Assembly (NCBI GenBank): GCA_964603485.1
Contig: CAZRVE010000003.1
Coordinates: forward strand, 1-51,010
DNA length: 51,010 nt
Direction: 5' to 3'
From: an uncultured Candidatus Saccharibacteria bacterium
GTDB lineage: Bacteria > Patescibacteriota > Minisyncoccia > Phycocordibacterales > Zambryskibacteraceae
In this document: positions 21,492-29,292 of the stretch, piece by piece
Layout: the number at the start of each line of letters is the position of its first letter
How positions within the stretch are numbered: position 1 is the stretch's first letter
Position numbers and translations under genes: made by a program
The notes under the pieces: model-generated
The model's input: the letters and a program-made list of their open reading frames with translations, nothing else
The model's database searches: none
Told to the model about the DNA's origin: nothing

Positions 21492-21576
21492 GGAGGAGTG
21501 GCAGAGCGGTCGAATGCGCTCGCTTGGAAAGCGGGTATACCGCAAGGTATCGCAGGTTCAAATCCTGTCTCCTCCG
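21492..21576 (+). tRNA. tRNA-Ser (anticodon GGA), intact
   Basis: GGAGGAG/CTCCTCC acceptor stem with G discriminator; anticodon arm CTCGC-TTGGAAA-GCGGG; long variable arm ATACC-GCAA-GGTAT; T-arm GCAGG-TTCAAAT-CCTGT; CCA not encoded. Confidence 0.95.
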
Positions 21577-21629
21577 CTCTGTGCGGGAGAAAGGTGGCAA
21601 GGGGGGAAACTCCTTCAAGAGTTCGAATC

Positions 21630-21649
21630 CCTGCCTGCCGGCAGGCAGG
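21630..21649. repeat. 20-bp perfect REP-like palindrome inserted in the T-stem of the outer tRNA
   Basis: CCTGCCTGCCGGCAGGCAGG is its own reverse complement. Confidence 0.85.
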
Positions 21650-21660
21650 TCTTATCCTCC

Positions 21661-21692
21661 GCAAAACAAAAAGCAAAGCTTTTATGTTTTGC
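21661..21692 (+). terminator. Hairpin downstream of the tRNA locus (possible terminator)
   Basis: gcaaaaca-aaaagc-aaa-gctttt-a-tgttttgc. Confidence 0.5.
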
Positions 21693-21733
21693 GAGAATCC
21701 TGAGCTTGCCGAAGGACTCCGTCAATAAAATAT

Positions 21734-22240
21734 ATGCATACAAACTTAGATGAAATGTTGGGAACCCTTGAGAAGCTCGCCGATGAAGTTATTGGTTTTT
21801 ATTTGAGTAAATCATGTCCGTGTGCCTTTCCACGATATCGTTTTTTAGTTGGTTTTAATGGAGATACATACAGCAAAGCATTGCTACACACTTTTGATAC
21901 CAATGTTTTTGTCTCTAAAAGCATAGATTACGAAAACGGTTTCCTGATTGCTCAAGAGAATGAAGAGTTCGTGTGTCGTGTATGTGGGAGTAAATACCGG
22001 TACAAGTATGATCAGTACAGTATTACTTTCGAGAAAATTTCTCTTTCCATCAAAACTCTTAATCAGAAAGAGCTAGGCGCTACGGCAGGATTGCCATTTC
22101 CTCTGTTTGGCGGTGTCTATTTTACAAACGGCGCTTGGGATGAAGAGCAGAATAATCAAGAGTTCGCGAAGCTTTTAAAGGAATTTCCTCAAGCGAGCCC
22201 CGATGAATTCAAAAGTAAAATGCAGGAGTTATCATCGTAG
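21734..22240 (+). CDS. Hypothetical protein with CxC and CxxC motifs (possible Zn-binding)
   Basis: 168 aa ORF; SCPCAFPRY and FVCRVCGSKY. Confidence 0.65.
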   Translation: MHTNLDEMLGTLEKLADEVIGFYLSKSCPCAFPRYRFLVGFNGDTYSKALLHTFDTNVFVSKSIDYENGFLIAQENEEFVCRVCGSKYRYKYDQYSITFEKISLSIKTLNQKELGATAGLPFPLFGGVYFTNGAWDEEQNNQEFAKLLKEFPQASPDEFKSKMQELSS

Positions 22241-22264
22241 GATTCACTCAGAAAGTTCGTATAT

Positions 22265-22528
22265 ATGTATAAAGTATCTGATCTAAAAGAACTTCGAACC
22301 ATCCCTGGGGTGGGAGTGTCGGTTTCAAGAAATCTTTTTGATATCGGCATTAAGAGGATTGAGGATCTGAAAGGGAAAAATCCGGAAAAACTTTACGAAA
22401 AGTCGAATCACTTTGTAGGCAAGAGGCAGGACAGGTGTCTTCTCTATGTATTTCGATGCGCAGTCTATTTTGCCGAGACTCCATATCCCAAGCCAGAAAA
22501 ACTCAAATGGTGGAATTGGAAGGATTAA
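22265..22528 (+). CDS. Helix-hairpin-helix protein, Cdd1/pathogenicity-locus-like family
   Basis: LRTIPGVG HhH motif; DLKGKNPEKLY...QDRCLLYVFRCAVYFA...KWWNWKD. Confidence 0.8.
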   Translation: MYKVSDLKELRTIPGVGVSVSRNLFDIGIKRIEDLKGKNPEKLYEKSNHFVGKRQDRCLLYVFRCAVYFAETPYPKPEKLKWWNWKD

Positions 22529-22538
22529 AATCTGGTAT
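22511..22538 (+). repeat. 28-bp direct repeat, left copy
   Basis: TGGAATTGGAAGGATTAAAATCTGGTAT, identical to 23147-23174. Confidence 0.9.
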
Positions 22539-22566
22539 CTTAGAAAGAGAAGTTTTAAAAGAATAA

Positions 22567-23145
22567 ATGATAAAAATGAACAGATTAATGTTGCCATTGT
22601 TTATAGCTCCTGGAGCTATTCTCGCGGTGTGGTTGGTTCACTTCTACTCTGATGCAGAAGCTTGGGTGCCAGGATTAATTTTTGGATTTTTTTCGATTTA
22701 CCCACTTAGGGAATATTTAAAAACTGCGCTTAGGAAAATAGTTTGGGTATCTGTATCTACTGTGGCTTATGTTTTTGCATATAGTTTCACTTGGATGGCA
22801 TTCTTCATGGATGTTGCGAAGCATAATCCTCGTTCGACGCCAGAGGTTGGTATGCCTCTTTTTATTTTTGTTTTAGGTGGTATGTTGGGCGCCCTCGTCT
22901 TGGGTTTTGGAGCCAGGTTTTTAGTTAATCAGATTTCCACAAAATCACTTTTGCTCTTGGTATTAGCAGGTGGCTTCTTTTCTATAAGTGTATTACTGGG
23001 TGATCCCGTCTCATCTTTAGAGCCATTTGCAACCGGCGGTGCGATGGGGGAAGGTCTGCCAAAAGGAGTGTCATCACTGGTGTTTGTTTGGCAAATAGGT
23101 GTCGCTTTTGTTTTAGGTTGGATTGTTGATAAAGCGCAACAGTAG
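22567..23145 (+). CDS. Multi-TM hypothetical membrane protein lying between 28-bp direct repeats
   Basis: 192 aa with about 6 hydrophobic segments. Confidence 0.7.
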   Translation: MIKMNRLMLPLFIAPGAILAVWLVHFYSDAEAWVPGLIFGFFSIYPLREYLKTALRKIVWVSVSTVAYVFAYSFTWMAFFMDVAKHNPRSTPEVGMPLFIFVLGGMLGALVLGFGARFLVNQISTKSLLLLVLAGGFFSISVLLGDPVSSLEPFATGGAMGEGLPKGVSSLVFVWQIGVAFVLGWIVDKAQQ

Positions 23146-23146
23146 C

Positions 23147-23174
23147 TGGAATTGGAAGGATTAAAATCTGGTAT
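23147..23174 (+). repeat. 28-bp direct repeat, right copy (overlaps a TG-N-TATACT promoter)
   Basis: Identical to 22511-22538; continues as TGGTATACT. Confidence 0.9.
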
Positions 23175-23209
23175 ACTATTAGATAAGTTATTAACCGTAA
23201 TTTATTTCC

Positions 23210-23401
23210 ATGTTTGTACCAATGCTTTTGATTGTGCTCGGAGTGGTGTCTCTTCTTGATGCGGTTGGCATTATTTACGCAGATTGGGCAATTGTGTGGT
23301 CTGTGGTTTTGATTGTCATCGGATTCTCGATGCTCGATCGTCACAAGAAAATGTGTGTCTGTGGTTCATGCAGAGATTGCAAACCAGATCACTCACACTA
23401 G
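23210..23401 (+). CDS. Small two-TM protein with Cys/His-rich tail
   Basis: 63 aa; two hydrophobic helices, then CVCGSCRDCKPDHSH; followed by a terminator hairpin at 23408-23440. Confidence 0.65.
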   Translation: MFVPMLLIVLGVVSLLDAVGIIYADWAIVWSVVLIVIGFSMLDRHKKMCVCGSCRDCKPDHSH

Positions 23402-23450
23402 AAAGTAAAAATCCCCCTGAGCTAGTCCTAGGGGGATTTTGCTATAATAG

Positions 23451-23840
23451 ATGTACATGAACGAAGACGAGATAAAAAGTAAACTTACTCCTGAAGAGTA
23501 TGCAGTGTTACGTCAAAAAGGAACGGAGGTTCCTTTTTCTGGGAAATATGTAGACTCGAAAGAAAAGGGAATGTATCAATGCAAGGTGTGCGGGGCGCAA
23601 CTCTTCTCATCTCTCACAAAGTTTGATTCTGGCACAGGCTGGCCATCTTTTGATTCTGCACTCCCTGATGCTATTCAAATGCGTACTGATAGCACTCATG
23701 GTATGGAGCGAACTGAGGTGGTGTGTAAAAAGTGCGGTTCGCACTTGGGACATGTATTTGATGATGGACCCACAGATACCGGTAAGAGATTTTGTATTAA
23801 CTCAGTGTGTTTGGATCTCCAAAAAGAAATAGAATCATGA
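23451..23840 (+). CDS. msrB: Peptide-methionine (R)-S-oxide reductase MsrB
   Basis: [51 protein letters not shown]; true start may be ATG 23457. Confidence 0.95.
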   Translation: MYMNEDEIKSKLTPEEYAVLRQKGTEVPFSGKYVDSKEKGMYQCKVCGAQLFSSLTKFDSGTGWPSFDSALPDAIQMRTDSTHGMERTEVVCKKCGSHLGHVFDDGPTDTGKRFCINSVCLDLQKEIES

Positions 23841-24505
23841 CAAAAAGTACAAAAATATTCACCGCAATCATTGTCGCGCTAGGACTAGTAATCATCTGGC
23901 TAGTGTTTCGTGATCGATTCCCACAAACACCTGAGGTGGTACAGGAAGTTCCAAAAGAAATAGAGGAGAAGCCAATTCCTCGTGAGGAGTATCTTTATAA
24001 GAATGACAAATATGGTTTTCGTTTTTCTTATCAGGAGGGTTATAAAATCCTTGAAGCTTCTCCCGAGCTCATTTCTCTAGGCAGGGAAACTATTCGGGGT
24101 ATAGATCCTATTGTTCAAATTGTGTTAGTGCGAAGCGGGACTGATACGGGGATTATGTCGTTTGAGGAATTCGTGATCGATGCGGCACGAGAGTATTGTA
24201 TTTCAAGAAAGGCGGAAACAATTTCAGAGTGTACTCGTATTGATGATGTGGTAAACATTGCTCCATTTAAAACCGATAGCGGTGTCGCGGGGCAGGTATT
24301 TTATTTGAAGTATGAAGAAACTGATATTGAGAGCCAAAATACCACTCGTGGAAGACGAGGTCCATTCTTTACATTCAATACATCCTCTAAGACTCCTAAT
24401 GAAATGAGTTTTATTATGATTTACAATCCGATTTCTATACCTGCCGAGAAGGCAAATGAGGATGTTATCCGGTTTGTAGCAAAGAGTTTTTCGATTAGCC
24501 AGTAA
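23837..24505 (+). CDS. Hypothetical membrane-anchored extracytoplasmic protein (PsbP-like fold possible)
   Basis: ATGA overlap with the msrB stop; N-terminal TM; [10 protein letters not shown] motif. Confidence 0.65.
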   Translation: MTKSTKIFTAIIVALGLVIIWLVFRDRFPQTPEVVQEVPKEIEEKPIPREEYLYKNDKYGFRFSYQEGYKILEASPELISLGRETIRGIDPIVQIVLVRSGTDTGIMSFEEFVIDAAREYCISRKAETISECTRIDDVVNIAPFKTDSGVAGQVFYLKYEETDIESQNTTRGRRGPFFTFNTSSKTPNEMSFIMIYNPISIPAEKANEDVIRFVAKSFSISQ

Positions 24506-24557
24506 AGGTCTATTCTTAGGCCTAAAATCCCTCTTCGGGGAGTGGGGGATTTTCTCT

Positions 24558-24586
24558 TTGACTTTTTCATTATTATCTGATACAAT
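24558..24586 (+). promoter_or_regulatory. Sigma70-type promoter giving a ~120 nt leader for the RRM gene
   Basis: TTGACT-17 nt-TACAAT with extended -10 TG, just after a terminator hairpin at 24524-24553. Confidence 0.7.
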
Positions 24587-24710
24587 GGTGGACGTGTTAG
24601 GTTTCTCCCAGCGTTTCTTGGTTGGTGACCTTTTGGTGTCCATCCGTGAGGAAAAGCAAGAGAGTTCTCGTCGCCTTACATTTTAAAAGTTAGAAGACGA
24701 GATAAAGGAA

Positions 24711-24977
24711 ATGGCACAGAAATTGTATGTTGGTGGAATTCCGTATTCAACTACTGAAGCGGAACTCCGCGACTCGTTTGCACAGGCTGGAGAAGTTGTC
24801 TCTGCCGCAATCATTATTGACCGCATGACAGGTCGCAGTAAGGGTTTTGGATTCGTCGAAATGGCGAATGACTCAGGAGCTCAAGCTGCTATCGATATGT
24901 GGAACGGTAAAGATTTCCAGGGACGCAAGCTTACGGTAAACGAAGCTCGCCCTATGCAACCAAGAAATCGAGAATAA
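24711..24977 (+). CDS. RRM (RNP-1) RNA-binding protein
   Basis: KLYVGGI (RNP2) and KGFGFVEM (RNP1), GRKLTVNEARP. Confidence 0.95.
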   Translation: MAQKLYVGGIPYSTTEAELRDSFAQAGEVVSAAIIIDRMTGRSKGFGFVEMANDSGAQAAIDMWNGKDFQGRKLTVNEARPMQPRNRE

Positions 24978-24991
24978 TCTTATTCTCTTGC

Positions 24992-25027
24992 AACAAAACC
25001 TCTCGTCGTAAGACGGGAGGTTTTGTT
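24992..25027 (+). terminator. Intrinsic terminator
   Basis: aacaaaacctctcgtc-gtaa-gacgggaggttttgtt. Confidence 0.8.
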
Positions 25028-25102
25028 TTGTCTAACATATGAATTTTCTCTTCATGATACGATACAGGAGGAATATTTCTTTCACATACCTTGGAGATTC
25101 TC

Positions 25103-26020
25103 ATGACAGCGCACAGAGTTACTGCCGGGGAACCTTCCGGTCCTAGTTTGCTTGCGAAGTCGGTGACTGCCTTTATCGTGAGCGCAGGTTTTCTTTCTGT
25201 CGTTCTCGCATTGTGGTGGTTCCGGACGGATCGAGCAGTAGTCACTGCAGCAATCATCTGCTTTATCCTTACGGCTTTGCGGATAAATGCGATCACAGTT
25301 GCATTTCATCGCGCATTCACCCATGGGGCACTCAAGTTGAGACCATTCTGGGAGTGGTACTTTAGCATCGTCGGATCAACGGCATGCGAAGGGCCACCTT
25401 CAAAGTGGGTACCCACCCATCGTAAGCATCATCGGTTTGCAGACGATGTAGAGGATCCGCACTCGCCACATCACTATGGTGATACCCCTTGGGAAATCGT
25501 CCGTGGTTTTATCCACGCGCACGTGGGGTGGGTGTTTACTGCCAAAGAAGTTGATTGCAGTAAGTATGCTCCCGACATTTTGAGTAACCGGCGATTGGTC
25601 GTCGTGAGTAAGCTTTTCCCACTTTGGGCAGTTCTCGGATTTATTGTGCCGGGACTTCTTGAGGCGTTATTCGTTCCAACTCCCAAAGGTTTTTTCATGG
25701 GAGTGCTCTGGGGTGGTTTTGTATCAGTTTTCTTGGTGCACCACCTTACCTGGAGTATTAACTCCGTGTGTCACCTTTGGGGGACACGCCCGTTTCAAGC
25801 ACGGGATCACAGTGCGAATGTATTTCCTCTTGGTGTCCTAGCTTTCGGCGAGGGGTTTCATCGCAATCACCATGCGTTTCCGTGGTCAGCAAAAATCGGA
25901 CTGCGGTGGTGGGAGTTTGATTTGGGTTGGGCAACTGTTCGGTTCCTCGAGTTTATTCGTGGAGCCTACGATGTGAAATATCCGAGTCGCTCTCAGATTC
26001 AGGCGAAAAAGATAGTGTAG
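25103..26020 (+). CDS. Membrane fatty acid desaturase (delta-9 acyl-CoA/acyl-lipid type)
   Basis: Three His boxes FHRAFTH, HRKHH, HRNHH; DPHSP, HAHVGW, TWSINSVCHLWG, FGEGFH. ATG 25103 has GGAG upstream; terminator at 26024-26055. Confidence 0.92.
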   Translation: MTAHRVTAGEPSGPSLLAKSVTAFIVSAGFLSVVLALWWFRTDRAVVTAAIICFILTALRINAITVAFHRAFTHGALKLRPFWEWYFSIVGSTACEGPPSKWVPTHRKHHRFADDVEDPHSPHHYGDTPWEIVRGFIHAHVGWVFTAKEVDCSKYAPDILSNRRLVVVSKLFPLWAVLGFIVPGLLEALFVPTPKGFFMGVLWGGFVSVFLVHHLTWSINSVCHLWGTRPFQARDHSANVFPLGVLAFGEGFHRNHHAFPWSAKIGLRWWEFDLGWATVRFLEFIRGAYDVKYPSRSQIQAKKIV

Positions 26021-26072
26021 TTCCTCCCGATGCAATGCGCATTGGGAGTTTTTTTCATATAATAAACTTCTT

Positions 26073-26519
26073 ATGAAGTCTTTCTACTGGTTATTTCTTC
26101 TGTTTCTTGTCGTCTTAATAACAATTTTTGCATTAAGAAATGAGAAGGCGTTTGAGTATTCATTCTCAAGAGAGGCTCGGCTCGGAGGGGCACCTCTCAA
26201 TCTTGCAATTGTGCAAAAATATGAGGATTTGGCGCGAGGATTCTCCTTTCATGAGCAAATAGAGCCACATCAAGGTCTTTTATTTGTATTTGATTCGCCT
26301 AGTCGTCATGGGATCTGGATGAAAGATATGAAATTCGCACTTGATATCATCTGGCTCAATGAAAAGATGGAAATAATCTCCATTCGGGAGAATTTTTCTC
26401 AAGAATCATACCCAGAAGTGGCCTATCCGGATGCAGAATCAAGCTTTGTGCTCGAGGTTCTCTCAGGTTTTGTAAAGAGTAATAAAATTAGGGTGGGGGA
26501 TCGACTCGAAATAAACTGA
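26073..26519 (+). CDS. DUF192 family protein
   Basis: GLLFVF, IWMKDMKFALDIIWL, VLEV..G, IRVGD. Confidence 0.85.
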   Translation: MKSFYWLFLLFLVVLITIFALRNEKAFEYSFSREARLGGAPLNLAIVQKYEDLARGFSFHEQIEPHQGLLFVFDSPSRHGIWMKDMKFALDIIWLNEKMEIISIRENFSQESYPEVAYPDAESSFVLEVLSGFVKSNKIRVGDRLEIN

Positions 26520-26607
26520 TATACCCCGCAGAACCCACTCGTTAAGCCCTTGTGAGAGACCCTACTTTACAGTGAGTTTTTTTTATTTCATGCATTGATT
26601 TAAAACG

Positions 26608-26616
26608 TTATCCACA
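26608..26616 (+). promoter_or_regulatory. Consensus DnaA box upstream of nrdA
   Basis: TTATCCACA exact match in the intergenic region before nrdA. Confidence 0.55.
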
Positions 26617-26778
26617 GAGAATAGTGGGGCAACTATTTTGTAAAATGAAGACCAATCCGAACTGACTTTTAATCTTTTTTCTTCAAAAACAGATTAAAAA
26701 CAGTATTTTTTTTCAAAAAAAGCGTACTTTTTGAAAAAATAGCAGGATTCTTTTACTCACGACACACTTTTTATTTCC

Positions 26779-29292
26779 ATGACCCTTCATATAACCAAGC
26801 GAGACGGCACAAAGGAGGCATTTAACGCCGACAAGATCAATAAGTCTATTGAGCGAGCGTGTTTTGGGCTTACTGATCCAATTTCAAAGGTTACGCAAAT
26901 TGCTACCGAGACCAGGCTTACGGTATATGACGGAATTACTACTGAAGAAATGGACCTTGCGACCATTAATGCCGCAGTCCAGAATATTCAAAACGATACT
27001 GAGTACGACAGAGTAGCAACAAGGCTTCTCCTTAAGGTTACCTATAAGAAAGTTGTCGGAGAATACGGTAATGATATTGCCGAGCTCAATAAAAGGCATC
27101 AAGAAAGGTTTCCTCAGTATATTTCGCAAGGTATTGTTGCGGGTCGTCTCGATAAGAGGATGGAAGAAAAGTACGACCTCAAGGTGCTCGCAAAGACTCT
27201 CGACCTTTCTCGTGATGAACTTTTTGTCTATGCAGGACTTTCCAGTCTCCTAGATCGTTATGCTCAGAAGGATACCAAGGGAAGTGCACTCGAGACTCCT
27301 CAGTATTTCTTTATGCGCCTTGCAATGGGACTTGCTTATAATGAGAAAAATCCTACTGAGTGGGCACAGAAGTTCTACGACAAACTTTCTAAGCAAGAAT
27401 ATTTAACGGGAGGATCGACCTGTATCGGTGCAGGCACCACCCATCCGTCTCTCTCAAACTGTTTTCTTCTTCAGGTGGAAGATGATATGCGTCACATTGC
27501 AAAGTCTGTTGCAGACGTCATGATGCTTTCAAAAGACTCAGGTGGTCTTGGGGTTTCTATTACAAAGCTTCGCGCCGCAGGCTCTCCTTTGATTTCAACA
27601 AATGGATCTTCAACAGGTCCTACTCCTTTTGCAAAAATAATGGACACTGCTATTCGCGCAATTCAGCGTGGCGGAAAGAAAAAAGGAGCACTTTGCTTCT
27701 ATATGGAGAACTGGCATCTTGATTTCCAAGAGTTTATTGATTGGAAACATAATGCGGGAGATGACTATATGCGCATGAGAACTGCGAATACTGCGGTTTT
27801 CATGACGGATGAGTTTATGAAGCGAGTCTTGAGAGGAGACGATTGGTATATGTTTGATCCGAAGGAGACTCCTGATCTCGTGGAGCTTTACGGTGCTGCA
27901 TTTTCTAAGCGATACAGTGAATATGTAAGCAAGGCAGAGCGGGGAGAAATGCGCACTTATAAGAAAGTTCCTGCTCAAGAACAGTTTAGAAAGATTCTTG
28001 TATCAATGCAGACAACTTCCCATCCATGGCTCACTTGGAAAGATCCAATAAACCTCCGTGCGCTCAATAACAATACGGGTACAATTCATATGTCGAATTT
28101 ATGTACGGAAATTTGCCTTCCGCAGAATAGAGAAAACATTGCAGTATGTAACCTCGGATCTCTAAACCTCGCAGCTCATGTACATAATAAAGAGGTGAAT
28201 TGGCAGAAGCTTGAGGAAAGTACTCGACTTGCAATACGACAGCTTGATAATTTGATTGATATCAACACACTCTCTATTCCTGAGGCGCAAAAATCGGATG
28301 GAGAAAATCGAGCGGTGGGATTGGGAGTGATGGGTCTTGCAGATGTATTTGAGCGACTCGGACTTCCATATGACAGTGAGCATGCGTATACATTTGCGGA
28401 CCGACTCTTTGAATTCATTAGTTATATGGCAATTGATGAGTCTGCAAACCTCGCTCAAGAAAGAGGATCATATAAAAATTTCCCTGGATCAGAGTGGTCA
28501 AAAGGAAAAGTGCCAATTGATACAATAAAAGTTCTTGAAGAAGATCGAGGAATGGAGCTTACGGTAGATAAGACAAGTCATCACCGTGGACTTAATTGGG
28601 ATCTGTTACGAGAAAAGGTAAAGAAGGGAATGAGAAATGCAACACTCATGGCGGTTGCTCCAAATGCAAACATTGGCCTTGTGGTGGGGACTGTTCCTGG
28701 AATTGACGCCCGCTTCTCTCAGGTATTCTCCCGCAATAAAATGTCTGGAAAATATCTTGATTTGAATCATAACCTTGTCCGTGATTTGAAAAATATGGGA
28801 CTTTGGGAAGACGTTCGAGAGTCAATTATTGAACACCAAGGAGATATCTCTTCGATTCCTTCTATCCCTCAGCATATAAAAGATGTATATAAAACATCTT
28901 TTACCACATCACCGCTTGCGTATGTCGAAGTAGCAGCTCGCGCACAGAAATGGATCGATCAGGCACTCTCACGAAATATGTACCTTGAGACTCGGGATAT
29001 TGATGAGACGATGAATATTTATGCAACCGCATGGAAGAAGGGAGTGAAAACTACGTACTACCTCCACATGAAACCAAGGCATACCGCTGAACAGTCTACG
29101 ATTCGAGTAAACAAAGCAGAAGTTATGGGTAAACGTGGTTTCGGAGCCATTGCAGGAATTAAGGACTCATCTCTTTTAAAAATGCCAAGCAATGAGCCGG
29201 TTGAGTCAGGATCAGTGGTAACAGTTGCAAATCCTGTCGCAGAACCAGTTCTCCTGAAGAATGAATCTCTGAGAGAAGAGGGAAATGTTTAG
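26779..29292 (+). CDS. nrdA: Class I ribonucleotide reductase alpha subunit with N-terminal ATP cone
   Basis: ITKRDGTKEAFNADKI (ATP cone), LSNCFL, SNLCTEI, AVCNLGS, KTTYYL. Confidence 0.95.
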   Translation: MTLHITKRDGTKEAFNADKINKSIERACFGLTDPISKVTQIATETRLTVYDGITTEEMDLATINAAVQNIQNDTEYDRVATRLLLKVTYKKVVGEYGNDIAELNKRHQERFPQYISQGIVAGRLDKRMEEKYDLKVLAKTLDLSRDELFVYAGLSSLLDRYAQKDTKGSALETPQYFFMRLAMGLAYNEKNPTEWAQKFYDKLSKQEYLTGGSTCIGAGTTHPSLSNCFLLQVEDDMRHIAKSVADVMMLSKDSGGLGVSITKLRAAGSPLISTNGSSTGPTPFAKIMDTAIRAIQRGGKKKGALCFYMENWHLDFQEFIDWKHNAGDDYMRMRTANTAVFMTDEFMKRVLRGDDWYMFDPKETPDLVELYGAAFSKRYSEYVSKAERGEMRTYKKVPAQEQFRKILVSMQTTSHPWLTWKDPINLRALNNNTGTIHMSNLCTEICLPQNRENIAVCNLGSLNLAAHVHNKEVNWQKLEESTRLAIRQLDNLIDINTLSIPEAQKSDGENRAVGLGVMGLADVFERLGLPYDSEHAYTFADRLFEFISYMAIDESANLAQERGSYKNFPGSEWSKGKVPIDTIKVLEEDRGMELTVDKTSHHRGLNWDLLREKVKKGMRNATLMAVAPNANIGLVVGTVPGIDARFSQVFSRNKMSGKYLDLNHNLVRDLKNMGLWEDVRESIIEHQGDISSIPSIPQHIKDVYKTSFTTSPLAYVEVAARAQKWIDQALSRNMYLETRDIDETMNIYATAWKKGVKTTYYLHMKPRHTAEQSTIRVNKAEVMGKRGFGAIAGIKDSSLLKMPSNEPVESGSVVTVANPVAEPVLLKNESLREEGNV

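Larger units (their letters stand above)
21380..21661 (+). pseudogene. Outer, interrupted tRNA-Ser-like gene (three insertion sites)
   Basis: Acceptor stem GGAGGAT(21380-86)/ATCCTCC(21654-60) plus discriminator G. D-arm GCATAGT|GGTCTAGTGT, long variable arm AAGGGGG-GAAA-CTCCTT, and T-arm AAGAG-TTCGAAT-C|TCTT all appear once the inserts are removed. The anticodon arm is disrupted; only its 3' half GAAA-GGTGG is clear. Confidence 0.75.

Noticed and set aside
21429-21588. Group I intron in the anticodon loop of the outer tRNA
   Set aside because: The insert is only about 160 nt, more than half is the inner tRNA, and no group I core (P7 etc.) is recognisable.
21419-21753. ORFs 21419..21676, 21432..21728, 21473..21703 and 21514..21753
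   Set aside because: They are translations of the tRNA and GC-rich palindromes (PACRQAG, PELAEG-type peptides), not credible proteins.
21662-23450. Prophage or integrative element at the tRNA-Ser
   Set aside because: No integrase, phage genes or duplicated tRNA 3' end were seen downstream; only small accessory genes.
26608-26778. Replication origin (oriC)
   Set aside because: Only one consensus DnaA box, and no dnaA/dnaN nearby; better explained as nrdA regulation or chance.
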